Positions 52,352-62,047 of a stretch of 64,000 bases of DNA are shown here, one piece after another (positions within the stretch are counted from its first letter, which is position 1; each line of letters opens with the position of its first letter). A program made the translations under genes and the position numbers. The DNA comes from an uncultured Acidobacteriota bacterium (GTDB lineage: Bacteria; Acidobacteriota; Polarisedimenticolia; J045): NCBI GenBank assembly GCA_963800865.1, contig CAWDCL010000004.1, positions 791,013-855,012 on the forward strand, read 5' to 3'. The notes below the pieces were generated by a model. That model was not told the DNA's origin. It did no database searches and saw only the letters and a program-made list of their open reading frames with translations.

Positions 52352-53185
52352 ATGGTCCCGGTCCTGGTCTGGCCGGTCGCGATGGTCACCGCCGTCGCGG
52401 TGACCGCCTGGGGCCTGTCGATCGGCCGCGGGCCGCTGGTCTACATCCTGGCCTACCTGGGGCTCGCCGGGGCGCTCTTCGCCCTCGAGCGCCGGGTCCC
52501 GCACGAGCCGGCCTGGCTCGAGAACGACGGCCAGGTCTTTCCCGACTTCGCGCACACGGCCGTCTCCAAGTCCTTCGCCTGGGCGCTGATCGTCTTCGGC
52601 GGGTCGGCCGGGCTGTTCGACGCGCTGCGCAGCGGCGCCGGGATCTGGCCGGAGCGCTGGCCGCTCGTGGCGCAGGTCGCGCTGGGCCTGGTGATCGCCG
52701 AGTTCGGCTTCTACTGGGGGCACCGGCTGTCCCACGAGTGGCCGTTCCTGTGGCGTTTCCACGCGGTGCACCACAGCGTGACCCGGCTCTGGTTCTTCAA
52801 CACCGGCCGCTTCCACTTCGTCGACACGCTGCGCGCGATGGCGTTCGGTCTGCCCCTGCTGTTCGTCGCCGGCGCGCCGGAACTCGTCTTCACGTGGGTC
52901 AGCGCGATCACGTCCTTCATCGGCCTGCTGACGCACTGCAACGTCGCGACCCGCACGCCGGGGCTCAACCGGGTCTTCGTCACCCCCGGGCTGCACCGCT
53001 GGCACCACTCGCGGGACCCGCGCGAGGGGAACCGCAACTACGGCGAGAATCTCGCGCTCTGGGACCAGCTCTTCGGCACCTTCCTCGACAAGCCCGTCCG
53101 CCCGCCGCGCGACATCGGGATCGACGAGCCGATGCCGGCCGGCTTCCTCGGCCAGCTCGCGGCGCCGTTCCGCGCGCGGGCCTGA
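52352..53185 (+). CDS. Fatty-acid hydroxylase / sterol desaturase superfamily membrane protein
   Basis: His boxes HRLSHE, HAVHH and HRWHH. Confidence 0.8.
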   Translation: MVPVLVWPVAMVTAVAVTAWGLSIGRGPLVYILAYLGLAGALFALERRVPHEPAWLENDGQVFPDFAHTAVSKSFAWALIVFGGSAGLFDALRSGAGIWPERWPLVAQVALGLVIAEFGFYWGHRLSHEWPFLWRFHAVHHSVTRLWFFNTGRFHFVDTLRAMAFGLPLLFVAGAPELVFTWVSAITSFIGLLTHCNVATRTPGLNRVFVTPGLHRWHHSRDPREGNRNYGENLALWDQLFGTFLDKPVRPPRDIGIDEPMPAGFLGQLAAPFRARA

Positions 53186-53201
53186 GCGGAAGGCGGGCCG
53201 G

Positions 53202-54260
53202 ATGCCGCGCGCCGCCGTCCTCGCCGCCCCGTTCGACCTTCGGCTCGAAGAGCGGGCCCGGCCGGCACTCGCGCCCGGCGACGCCCGCGCCCGCGTGCGG
53301 CGGGCCGGCATCTGCGGGACCGACGTCGCGATCTACCGCGGCGACTACCGCGTGCCGCTCCCGCTGGTCCTCGGCCACGAGTGGTCGGGCGAGGTGATCG
53401 AGGTCGCGCGCCCCGCCGACGAATCCTGGCTCGGCCGGCGCGTCACGGCGGAGATCAATCGCCACTGCGCCGCGCGTGGCGCGGCGGAACTCTGCCCGCT
53501 TTGCGCGCGCGCGCTTCCGACCCACTGCGCGACGCGGACGGTGACGGGGATCGCCGGCGCGGACGGCGCGTTCGCGGAGGAGATCGTCGTCCCGGCCGGG
53601 ACGCTGGTCGGGCTGCCGGAGTCGCTCGACGACGACGCGGCGGTGCTGGTCGAGCCGTTCGCGGCGGCGCTGCAGGCCTTCGCGCTGTCGCCGGTCACGC
53701 CGGGCGAGCTGGTCGTGGTGCTGGGCGCCGGCCGGCTCGGAGCGCTGATCGCGCTGGTCGCGGAGCGGCTCGGCGCGCGGGTCGTCGCGGTCGGGCGCGA
53801 GCGGACGCGGCAGCGGCTCGCGCCCCTCGGATTCGCGGTCGAGATCGCCGACATTTCCACGCGGGTCGCGCCGGACGACCCGCTCGCCGCCGCGCCGTCG
53901 GCGCTGCTCGACCGCGTCCGGTCCCTGTCGGACGGCTGCGGCGCGGACCTCGTCGTCGAAGCGACCGGCAGCGCGGAGGGGCTCGCGACGGCGCTCGACC
54001 TGGTCCGGCCGCGCGGCACGGTGGCGCTGAAATCGACGCCGGGTCAGCCCGTGGCGCGCTTCGACCTGACGCGGGCGGTCGTCAACGAGGTGCGGCTGCA
54101 GGGCTCGCGCTGCGGCTCGTTCGCCGAGGCGCTGGCCTTCCTCGAGCGCCACCCGCTGCCGCTCGACGCCCTGATCGAGGCCTCGTTCCCGCTGGCGGAG
54201 GCGGGGCGGGCGCTGGACGAGGCCGCGCTCGGCGGGAAGTTCGTGCTGGAGTGCGGGTAG
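53202..54260 (+). CDS. Zinc-dependent alcohol dehydrogenase (MDR; sorbitol/threonine-dehydrogenase-like)
   Basis: GICGTDVAIY...GHEWSGEV with a structural zinc Cys cluster, and GAGRLGALIALVAERLGA as the Rossmann segment. Confidence 0.8.
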   Translation: MPRAAVLAAPFDLRLEERARPALAPGDARARVRRAGICGTDVAIYRGDYRVPLPLVLGHEWSGEVIEVARPADESWLGRRVTAEINRHCAARGAAELCPLCARALPTHCATRTVTGIAGADGAFAEEIVVPAGTLVGLPESLDDDAAVLVEPFAAALQAFALSPVTPGELVVVLGAGRLGALIALVAERLGARVVAVGRERTRQRLAPLGFAVEIADISTRVAPDDPLAAAPSALLDRVRSLSDGCGADLVVEATGSAEGLATALDLVRPRGTVALKSTPGQPVARFDLTRAVVNEVRLQGSRCGSFAEALAFLERHPLPLDALIEASFPLAEAGRALDEAALGGKFVLECG

Positions 54261-54289
54261 AATCTCCTTCCCCCACCGAAGGACGATCG

Positions 54290-55042
54290 ATGCGAATCCG
54301 ACCGAAGGCTCTTACGTTCCTCCTCTGCGCGGTAATCGCCGCCGCTCCCGCTGCCCCCGCCGCGTTTGCCGAGCAGATGCCGGCCGCCGCGCCTCCGGCC
54401 CACTCCGAGACCAGCTGGCAGGTCCCCGAGCTGTTCGCCTTTCACGAGGTGATCGCCACGATCTGGCACGAGGCCTGGCCGGCCAAGGACATCGCGCAGC
54501 TCAAGGCGCTGACGCCGCAGGTGAAGGCCGGCGCGGCCAAGGTCGCGGGGGCGCAGCTCCCCGGCATCCTGCGCGACAAGCAGGCGGCGTGGGACGAGGG
54601 GGTCGCGGGGCTGCAGCGGACGGTCACCGACTACGAGACCGCCGCCGCGTCGGGCGACGACGCGCGCCTGCTGGCCGCTGCCGAAGCGCTGCACGCGCAG
54701 TTCGAGAAGCTGGTGCGCACGATCCGCCCGCTGACGAAGGAGCTCGACGCCTTCCACCAGGTCCTCTACCCGCTCTACCACCACCAGCTCGATCCCTACG
54801 ACGCGGCGGCGGTGAAGGCCACCGTCCCGCAGCTGCAGGAGAAGATGGCGGCGCTGGCCAAGGCTCCGCTGCCGGAGCGATTCGCGCCGAAGACCGGCGC
54901 CTATGACGCGGCCCGCGCGGAACTCGGCCGCGAGGTCGACGCCTTCGCCGCCGCGGTGGCGACCGGCGACCCGGCGAAGGCCAAGGCCGCGGCCGAGACG
55001 ATGCACTCGGCCTACGTCAAGCTCGAGGCCGTCCTCGGCTGA
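54290..55042 (+). CDS. Secreted hypothetical protein (helical, 250 aa)
   Basis: AAGGA RBS. Signal peptide MRIRPKALTFLLCAVIAAAPAAPAAFA. Confidence 0.55.
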   Translation: MRIRPKALTFLLCAVIAAAPAAPAAFAEQMPAAAPPAHSETSWQVPELFAFHEVIATIWHEAWPAKDIAQLKALTPQVKAGAAKVAGAQLPGILRDKQAAWDEGVAGLQRTVTDYETAAASGDDARLLAAAEALHAQFEKLVRTIRPLTKELDAFHQVLYPLYHHQLDPYDAAAVKATVPQLQEKMAALAKAPLPERFAPKTGAYDAARAELGREVDAFAAAVATGDPAKAKAAAETMHSAYVKLEAVLG

Positions 55043-55104
55043 CGAGGGCGAAGCGAAGCGCAGCCCCGCGTGGCTGCGCGGAAGCCGGGCGGGAGAGGAA
55101 CGCG

Positions 55105-56106
55105 ATGCCCCACGAGGTGACCCTGATCCCCGGCGACGGCATCGGCCCCGAAGTGGCCGAGGCGACCCGCCGCATCATCGACGCCTCCGGCGCGGCGATC
55201 GCCTGGCACGAGGTGCCGGCCGGGCTCGGCCCGTTCGAGGCCACCGGCAGCCCGCTCCCCCCCGAGACGCTGGCGTCCCTGAAAGCGACGCGCGTCGGGC
55301 TCAAGGGCCCGATCACGACGCCGGTCGGCGGCGGCTTCCCGTCGGTCAACGTCGCGCTGCGCAAGGCCTTCGACCTGTACGCCAACTACCGTCCCGCGCG
55401 CTCGATGCCGGGCGTGCCCACCCGCTTCACCGACGTCGACCTGATCGTCGTGCGCGAGAACACGGAAGGGCTCTACAGCGGGATCGAGCACCAGGTCGTG
55501 CCGGGAGTGATCGAGAGCCTGCGGATCGTCACCGCGACCGGCTCGGAGCGGATCCTGCGCTTCGCCTTCGAGGTCGCGCGGCGCGAGGGGCGGCGCAAGG
55601 TGACGGTGATCCACAAGGCCAACATCCTCAAGCTCAGCGACGGGCTGTTCCTGGAGATCGCGCGCCGGATCGCGGAGGAGTTCCCCGAGATCGAGTACGC
55701 CGAGTCGATCGTCGACGCGACGGCGATGCGGCTGGTCATGGACCCGAAGCAGTTCGACGTCCTGGTGATGGAGAACCTCTTCGGCGACATCCTCTCCGAC
55801 CTGGCCGCGGGGCTCGTCGGGGGCCTCGGGCTGGCGCCGTCCGGGAACATCGGCGAGTCGATCGCGCTCTTCGAGGCGGTCCACGGCTCGGCCCCCGACA
55901 TCGCCGGGAAGGGGATCGCCAACCCGACCGCGCTCCTGCTGTCGGGGGTGATGATGCTGCGGCACCTCGGCGAGGCTGCGGCCGCGGCGCGGGTCGAGGA
56001 GGCCGTGCGGCGCGTTCTGGGCGACGGGAAGGTCCGGACGGGCGACCTCGGCGGGACGGCGTCGACACGGCAGTACGCGGACGCGCTGATCGCGGCGATG
56101 GGGTGA
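55105..56106 (+). CDS. Isocitrate/isopropylmalate dehydrogenase family; most like NAD-dependent isocitrate dehydrogenase
   Basis: LIPGDGIGPEV, NLRKAFDLYANYRP, VRENTEGLYSGIEH. Confidence 0.75.
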   Translation: MPHEVTLIPGDGIGPEVAEATRRIIDASGAAIAWHEVPAGLGPFEATGSPLPPETLASLKATRVGLKGPITTPVGGGFPSVNVALRKAFDLYANYRPARSMPGVPTRFTDVDLIVVRENTEGLYSGIEHQVVPGVIESLRIVTATGSERILRFAFEVARREGRRKVTVIHKANILKLSDGLFLEIARRIAEEFPEIEYAESIVDATAMRLVMDPKQFDVLVMENLFGDILSDLAAGLVGGLGLAPSGNIGESIALFEAVHGSAPDIAGKGIANPTALLLSGVMMLRHLGEAAAAARVEEAVRRVLGDGKVRTGDLGGTASTRQYADALIAAMG

Positions 56107-56109
56107 GCG

Positions 56110-56176
56110 GACGACTTACCGGCTAACGGTTGCTGTCCCCGATTCGACCGACTTACCGGCTTACGGTTGCTGTCCC
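56110..56176. repeat. Two direct copies of GACTTACCGGCT(A/T)ACGGTTGCTGTCCCCG, related to the REP-like family
   Basis: The copies are at 56113-56139 and 56148-56176. They share the GC(A/T)AACGGTTGC(C/T)GTC core with the elements at 21755-21785 and 46420-46440. Confidence 0.6.
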
Positions 56177-58053
56177 CGGTTGCGGCGTAGCCACTGCGTC
56201 CGCGGGCGGACGTCGATCGTCACGACCGCCTCGTCGATCAGCACCGGCTCCGAGCGGCCGTAGGCTTCCCAGAGGGCGGCGAACTTCTCGCCGCGGTTGG
56301 GGCGCTCGTCGGGCTGGGTCGGGTCGCAGCCGTAGTCGAACGGATCGCAGGTCGAGCGGCTCTCGGCGGCCAGGAACCGGGAGTACTCGCGCGGCACGAC
56401 CTGGTGCCAGAGCCGGACGCGCACGAGCATCGGCCCGCTGGCCCGGGTCGGGATCCAGACCGGGTAGCGCGTGTCGTCCCAGTGCGCGAGCCCGCCGCTC
56501 GCGGGGTCGTCCGCGAAGCGGGCGCCGACCGGCTCGGTCTCGGCGTCCGGCCGGAAGCCTCGCGGCGGGATCCGGTTGTCCTTGACGACGCAGTCGTTGA
56601 GCACGAAGTGGAACATCTCGTGCCCGGTGGCGGCGTCCACGGTGTCGCAGTGCCCGTCGCCGTTGTAGTCGAAGATGCCGTGCTTCGCCTCGTAGACCTT
56701 GAGGTGCGGGTCCTCCGGCAGCGTCGCGGTGGCGGCGTCGTACCGGCCCGAGGACCAGGTCGTCTCCGCCGCGGTGAGCGAGCCGTCGCGGTCGGCGTCG
56801 ATCCCCGCCGCGACCTCCAGCCAGGCGCGCCGCCCCTCGGTGTAGCCGGTCGGGAACTTGTGCCCGCCGAGGTTGGTGACCCGGACGTCGACCGGGAGAT
56901 AGCGGCCGGAGAAGACCAGCTGCGTCGCCGAGACGCGCAGCTCCGCGGTCCGGTTCTGCAGCAGGTCGAGCGTGGCCGCGCGGGCCTGGGCGTAGGCCGC
57001 GGTCCGCCGCAGCGGAGCGCCGTACTCGGCGGCCAGGAGATCGAGCATGAAGACGTTCGCGCCCTGGAACTGGTGGGTGCGGTAGGGGCCCTCGAGCTCC
57101 GTGTTCGTACCGCGCGGCCCGGGCGGCGAGGAGCACGCGGTGGCGGCGTCGGCCCGTCCGTCGGCGTCGAGGTCGGGCCGGGGCATGTGGCAGGCCTGGC
57201 AGGTCGCGGCGACGCGCGAGCCGGGGCGCGCGTACTCCGACTGCTGCCACTCGCGGTAGGTCCGCTCGATCGGGAACCGGTAGCCGAGATCGGCTCCGCT
57301 CTTCGCGTCGCGGCGGTTCTTCACGGGGTTCGTGATGTCGTGGCACTGGCCGCAGAGCGCGGCCGAGCGCTGGAACGGCGTCGCCGCGAACTGGTGGCCG
57401 GTCGGGACGGAGTCGGCGAAGGGGCCGAACATCAGCTCGGGCGTCCGCGAGAGGTAGATCTGCGCGTTCCCGGCGTAGGGCGCGCGCGGGTCGGCGAACT
57501 CCCCCTCCGGCGGCCGCGAGGCGTCATACATCCGGTGGCAGCTGGCGCAGACGATCCCCTCGAAGTCGGTGTTGTTGCGCTGCGGCGTCCCCTGCAGGCA
57601 GCTCCCGTCGAACGGCTGGCCCCAGGCGTTCTCGCAGCTCGAGCGCCCCTCGTACCAGGCCTTGGGCGCGTGGCAGCGCAGGCAGAAGTCACCGACGCCG
57701 GCGTTGCCGAGCTTCGCGTCGTCCTGGTTGGCGACGTCGAGCGCGGCCCAGAAGAGCGGGTCGCGCGCGGCGTTCGCCATCAGCGAGCCGGCCCAGGTGT
57801 CGTACGGCTCGTAGGGCGCGGTCTCCGGCGCGCGATACCCGCCGTGGCAGACGTTGCAGCGCCCGGGCGGGTCGAGCAGCCCCGGGTCGTCGTGGTCGGC
57901 GAACGCGGGGAACCCCGGGTCGCCACTGCCGTCGCGAGGCTGCGTCCCGGGCAGGCGGACGCCCGCGGGGGCGGCGGCGAGCACCAGGAGGGCCGTCCCG
58001 GCGAGCAGCAGCAGCGCGGCGGGCAACCGGAGGCGGCGAGGTGACAGGGGCAT
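56161..58053 (-). CDS. Secreted multiheme c-type cytochrome with five CxxCH motifs
   Basis: Signal peptide MPLSPRRLRLPAALLLLAGTALLVLAAAPA. Heme-binding motifs CNVCH, CLRCH, CASCH, CGQCH and CQACH. Confidence 0.8.
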   Translation of the reverse strand: MPLSPRRLRLPAALLLLAGTALLVLAAAPAGVRLPGTQPRDGSGDPGFPAFADHDDPGLLDPPGRCNVCHGGYRAPETAPYEPYDTWAGSLMANAARDPLFWAALDVANQDDAKLGNAGVGDFCLRCHAPKAWYEGRSSCENAWGQPFDGSCLQGTPQRNNTDFEGIVCASCHRMYDASRPPEGEFADPRAPYAGNAQIYLSRTPELMFGPFADSVPTGHQFAATPFQRSAALCGQCHDITNPVKNRRDAKSGADLGYRFPIERTYREWQQSEYARPGSRVAATCQACHMPRPDLDADGRADAATACSSPPGPRGTNTELEGPYRTHQFQGANVFMLDLLAAEYGAPLRRTAAYAQARAATLDLLQNRTAELRVSATQLVFSGRYLPVDVRVTNLGGHKFPTGYTEGRRAWLEVAAGIDADRDGSLTAAETTWSSGRYDAATATLPEDPHLKVYEAKHGIFDYNGDGHCDTVDAATGHEMFHFVLNDCVVKDNRIPPRGFRPDAETEPVGARFADDPASGGLAHWDDTRYPVWIPTRASGPMLVRVRLWHQVVPREYSRFLAAESRSTCDPFDYGCDPTQPDERPNRGEKFAALWEAYGRSEPVLIDEAVVTIDVRPRTQWLRRNRGQQP

Positions 58054-58070
58054 GCCGCGATCGTAACCCG

Positions 58071-59561
58071 TCAGCCGCCGTAGAGCACGCTGTAGAACGC
58101 CTTCGGGGCCGGGTTGTTGTCGATGTAGCTGCCAGTCGGCGAGGCCCCGAGCATCAGGGCGTCGGAGAAGTCGGGCTTCGTCGCGCGCCAGACCTCGCAG
58201 ACGCCGGGGAAGTAGTGGGTCCACTGCAGCAGCGCCGCGCCGTTCGCGAGGCGGGTCACGGTCAGCTGGGCCCCCGACGAGTGCAGCTCGACGTGGCGGT
58301 AGTCGATCCGCGTGTAGGTCATCCGCGCCGGGTCGAAGCGCTGGCCCTGCGGCAGCGCGACGTGCTCGTGGACCCCCTGGCCCTTGGCCTCGGCGAACTG
58401 CAGGTAGCGGCGCGCCCACGAGCGGCTGGAACCGCAGCCGCCGTCGCTGGCCGGCTCGGCCTCGAGCAGGTCGATCATCACGGAATCGGCCGCGACCGGG
58501 TCGTCCGAGACGATCAGGTTGCAGGGCCACTCGCTGCGGAAGGTCACCCAGGGGCGCGGGACGACGTCGAAGTTCCGGCAGGGCTGCCCGTAGAGCATGT
58601 CGCCGACGGTCAGGACCGACTTCTGCGCCAGCGACCGGACCGACGGGTCGCCCGGCACCACCGGGCTGCCCATGATGTCGGCCAGCACCGAGGCCTCGGG
58701 GACGTCGCTGAAGAGCCAGGGGTGCAGCCGGTCGGCGCGATCGATCGAGCCGAGGTGCGCCTTGTAGCCGAGCGTCACGTTGGCCTGGCCGTGCCGCTTC
58801 ACGATCGGCACGTTGACCAGGTAGTCGCTGGTGCGGGCCACCTGCGCGATCCGCGTGTCGGGCGGCGGGCTGACGTAGGCCGTGCTCCAGGTGACGTACT
58901 CGCGCGGGTCCGGCGCGTCGCCGGACGGCGCGCCGAGCGGGTCGTCGGCCCCAGCCGCGAATCCCTCGCTCCCCCCCGCGGCGCGGAACTTCACGTCGGG
59001 GAAGACGGCCTTGACGCGGTTCTTGAACCACGGCGCCATGTGGCGCGTCGGCTGGGTGTTGGTCGAGTCGTAGATCGTGCAGTTGGCCGACAGCCCGCCC
59101 GCGCGCACGAAGCCCTTGATCACCGCGATGCACGGCTCGGGGACGGCGTCGATGAAGTTCCCCGCGCCTTCCACCGGGTCGGTCGCGTTGTTCAGGTTGA
59201 CCTTGATCGCCAGCGTCCGCGTCTGTGGCGCGGCGAGCGGGAAGACGCGGCGCCAGGCCTCGTCCACCCCGGCGTCCTTGAGCACCATCACCGCCTGGTC
59301 GAGCATCCGGTCGATCGAGGCCTGGTCGAGGAAGTCGCGGTAGAGGCCGGTCGTGCGCGACCAGCGCGCGGCGCGGCCGTGGTGGACGTGCACGACGCGC
59401 GGCAGGGCCGCGGTCCCGCCCGCGCCCGCCGTGCCGCTCATCCCTTCCGCCCACGCGAGGCGCCCGACGACGACCGGGGCCGCCGACGCGATCGCGGTGC
59501 GCCGGATGAACGCTCGCCGGCCCTGGTCCGCACCTTTCCCTGGGGACTTCCGCTCCGCCAT
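58071..59561 (-). CDS. Tat-exported DUF362-domain protein
   Basis: The twin-arginine motif RRAFIRRTAIASAAPVVVG follows the MAERKS start. Colinearity with DUF362 is a recall-based call. It sits 18 nt upstream of the cytochrome gene on the same strand. Confidence 0.6.
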   Translation of the reverse strand: MAERKSPGKGADQGRRAFIRRTAIASAAPVVVGRLAWAEGMSGTAGAGGTAALPRVVHVHHGRAARWSRTTGLYRDFLDQASIDRMLDQAVMVLKDAGVDEAWRRVFPLAAPQTRTLAIKVNLNNATDPVEGAGNFIDAVPEPCIAVIKGFVRAGGLSANCTIYDSTNTQPTRHMAPWFKNRVKAVFPDVKFRAAGGSEGFAAGADDPLGAPSGDAPDPREYVTWSTAYVSPPPDTRIAQVARTSDYLVNVPIVKRHGQANVTLGYKAHLGSIDRADRLHPWLFSDVPEASVLADIMGSPVVPGDPSVRSLAQKSVLTVGDMLYGQPCRNFDVVPRPWVTFRSEWPCNLIVSDDPVAADSVMIDLLEAEPASDGGCGSSRSWARRYLQFAEAKGQGVHEHVALPQGQRFDPARMTYTRIDYRHVELHSSGAQLTVTRLANGAALLQWTHYFPGVCEVWRATKPDFSDALMLGASPTGSYIDNNPAPKAFYSVLYGG

Positions 59562-59686
59562 CGAACCTCCGGGACTGCTGATACCGCGGCCGGGCGAGCG
59601 AAGCAAGCGGAAACCGTCGCGGACCGCGCTGGGCACCCGCGGGGGGCCTTTCCGCGCTCCGCGCGATGTGCCATCGTCCCGGGCCG

Positions 59687-62047
59687 ATGGCTGCTCCTCC
59701 CTGGGAGGAGGCGCTCGCGCGCCTCGCTCCCGACCTGCCGCGCCTCGAGACCGTGATCGACGTCGTCGACCAGCTGGTCGACATCGCGCTCGACTTTCGC
59801 CAGTCGGGTCACCCCGGCGGGTCGCGCTCGAAGGTCCCGATGCTGGTCACCCTCGCCCTGTCGGGGGCGATGCGGTGGGATCTCCGGCATCCGGAGAAGG
59901 TCGGCGCCGACCGGTTCGTGCTCGCGGCCGGGCACGCCGTTCCGGCGGTCTACGCGCTGCTGGCCGCGCTCCACGAGGCACTCGCAACCCGGGCGGACGC
60001 GACGGGCGACCCGCGGTTCGGCGCCGCGAACGCCGCACGCTGGTCGCTTCGCGCCGAAGACCTCCTGTCGCTGCGCCGCCGCGGGGGTCTCCCCGGGCAC
60101 GCCGAGTTCGCCGGCAGGTCGCTCTTTCTGAAGTTCAACACCGGGCCCTCGGGACACGGCCTGCCCGCCGCGGCCGGGATGGCGCTCGCGCTCCGGCGCG
60201 GCGGGCTGCCGGGCGTGCGCGTCTTCGCGCTGGAAGGGGAGGGCGGCGCGACCGCCGGCAGCACGCACGAAACGCTCAACGCGGCCTGGGGCCTCGGGCT
60301 CGACAACCTCGTCGTGCTGCTCGACTGGAACGACTTCGGGATCGACCCGCGGCCGGCCTCGGCGGTCGTCTACGGGACGCCGACGGACTGGTTCGCGAGC
60401 CACGGCTGGCGCGTCGCGGGCGCCGCCGACGGGGCGAGCCCGGCGCAGCTGGCGCGCGCGCTCTTCCAGGCGACGCTCGATCCGGAGCCGGGCGGCCGCC
60501 CGGCCGCGGTCTGGGCGCGCACCCGCAAGGGACGGGGCTACGGCCGCTTCGATGCCGCGAGCCACGGCGTGCCGCACGCCGCCGGCTCGCCCGCGTTCTG
60601 GGAGACGAAGCGCCCGTTCCAGGAGCGGTACGGCGTGCGCTTCGACGGCTTCGGCGAGCCGGCGCCGTCCGAGCCCGCCGCGCGCCGCTCGCGCGCCCTG
60701 GCGAACCTGCGCGCCGTGCTCTCGGTCCTGCGCGACGACGCCGAGTGCTGCCGCTTCGTCGCCGAGCGGCTGGTCGAGCTGGGCGAGGCGGTGCCGGAGC
60801 GGCCGGGCGGTCTCGCGGCGAAAGGCGCGCGCAACCCGTGGCACGACCCGCGGCTGACCGAGGCGCGGGCCTACCCCGACGCGCTCCGGTTCGCACCCGG
60901 CACGCGCGTCTCCAACAAGGTCGCGCTGGGTCGCTGGGGCGCGTGGGCGAACAGCTGGGCCCGCGAGGCGTACGGACGGCCGCTCTTCCTGGCGCTGTCG
61001 GCCGACCTCGCGGAGTCGACGAGCCTGGCGCTCTTCGCGCGCGACTTCGAGGGGCGCGCCGGCTTCGGCGACTACGAGCGCACGGCGAACCCCGGCGGCG
61101 TGCTGCTGCCTGCGGAGATCACCGAGTTCACCAACGCGGCGATGGCGGCGGGGATCGCCTCGGTCAACTTCGATCCGGCGCCGGACCGCGACTGGAACGG
61201 CTTCGCGGCAGCGCACTCGAGCTACGGGGCATTTGCCTACCTGCAGTACGGGCCGATGCGGCTCTACTCCCAGATGGCGCAGGACGCGGAGCTGAAGGTC
61301 GGTCCGGTGCTCTGGGTGCTCGGGCACTCGGGGCCCGAGACCGCGGAGGACAGCCGCTCCCACTTCGGCGTCTTCGCGCCGTCGGTGTCGCAGCTCTTCC
61401 CGGAGGGGCAGGTCTGCGACCTGCACCCGTGGGACCCGAACGAGGTCCCGGTGCTGCTCGCCGCCGGACTGGCCGCCGGGTACCCGATCCTCGCCCTGCA
61501 CCTCGCGCGGCCCCCCCTGCTCGTACCCGACCGCCGTGCCCTGCAGATTCCCACCGAGTTCGAGGCGGCGCGCGGGGCCTACCTGCTGCGCGAGGCGCGG
61601 CCCGGAGTGCCGCGCGACGGCGTGATCGTGGTCACCGGCGCGTCGAGCACGGCGAACGTCGTGGCGCTGCTGCCGGAGCTCGAGCGTCGCGGGCTCAACC
61701 TGAAGATCGTCGCCGCGCTCAGCCCGCAGCTGTTCGACCGCCAGGAGGCGGCCTGGCGCGAGCGCGTCCTGTCCGGGTCCGACCGACTCGACGCGATGGG
61801 GATCACGAACCGCTCGCGCGCGTCGCTGGCACGCTGGCTGCCGGACGGCGACGCGCTCGCCGCGTCGCTGTGCGCCGACTGGGACGATCGCTGGCGCACC
61901 GGCGGCACGGTCGAGGAGGTCCTCGAGGAGGCGCAGCTCGATCCGGGCGCGATCCTCGACGGGGTCGTCCGCTTCGCCGGCGCGCGCGAGGCTCGGCTCC
62001 GGCGGCACGCGGCGCGGCTGGAGGCGCTGCGGACCGGTCTGCCGTGA
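59687..62047 (+). CDS. Transketolase-family thiamine-diphosphate enzyme (long form, 786 aa)
   Basis: GHPGGSRSKVPMLVTLALSGAMRWD, RFVLAAGHAVPAVYA, and EGEGGATAGSTHE...LDNLVVLLDWNDFGID as the TPP/Mg site. The GDG Asp appears to be replaced by Glu. Confidence 0.7.
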   Translation: MAAPPWEEALARLAPDLPRLETVIDVVDQLVDIALDFRQSGHPGGSRSKVPMLVTLALSGAMRWDLRHPEKVGADRFVLAAGHAVPAVYALLAALHEALATRADATGDPRFGAANAARWSLRAEDLLSLRRRGGLPGHAEFAGRSLFLKFNTGPSGHGLPAAAGMALALRRGGLPGVRVFALEGEGGATAGSTHETLNAAWGLGLDNLVVLLDWNDFGIDPRPASAVVYGTPTDWFASHGWRVAGAADGASPAQLARALFQATLDPEPGGRPAAVWARTRKGRGYGRFDAASHGVPHAAGSPAFWETKRPFQERYGVRFDGFGEPAPSEPAARRSRALANLRAVLSVLRDDAECCRFVAERLVELGEAVPERPGGLAAKGARNPWHDPRLTEARAYPDALRFAPGTRVSNKVALGRWGAWANSWAREAYGRPLFLALSADLAESTSLALFARDFEGRAGFGDYERTANPGGVLLPAEITEFTNAAMAAGIASVNFDPAPDRDWNGFAAAHSSYGAFAYLQYGPMRLYSQMAQDAELKVGPVLWVLGHSGPETAEDSRSHFGVFAPSVSQLFPEGQVCDLHPWDPNEVPVLLAAGLAAGYPILALHLARPPLLVPDRRALQIPTEFEAARGAYLLREARPGVPRDGVIVVTGASSTANVVALLPELERRGLNLKIVAALSPQLFDRQEAAWRERVLSGSDRLDAMGITNRSRASLARWLPDGDALAASLCADWDDRWRTGGTVEEVLEEAQLDPGAILDGVVRFAGAREARLRRHAARLEALRTGLP

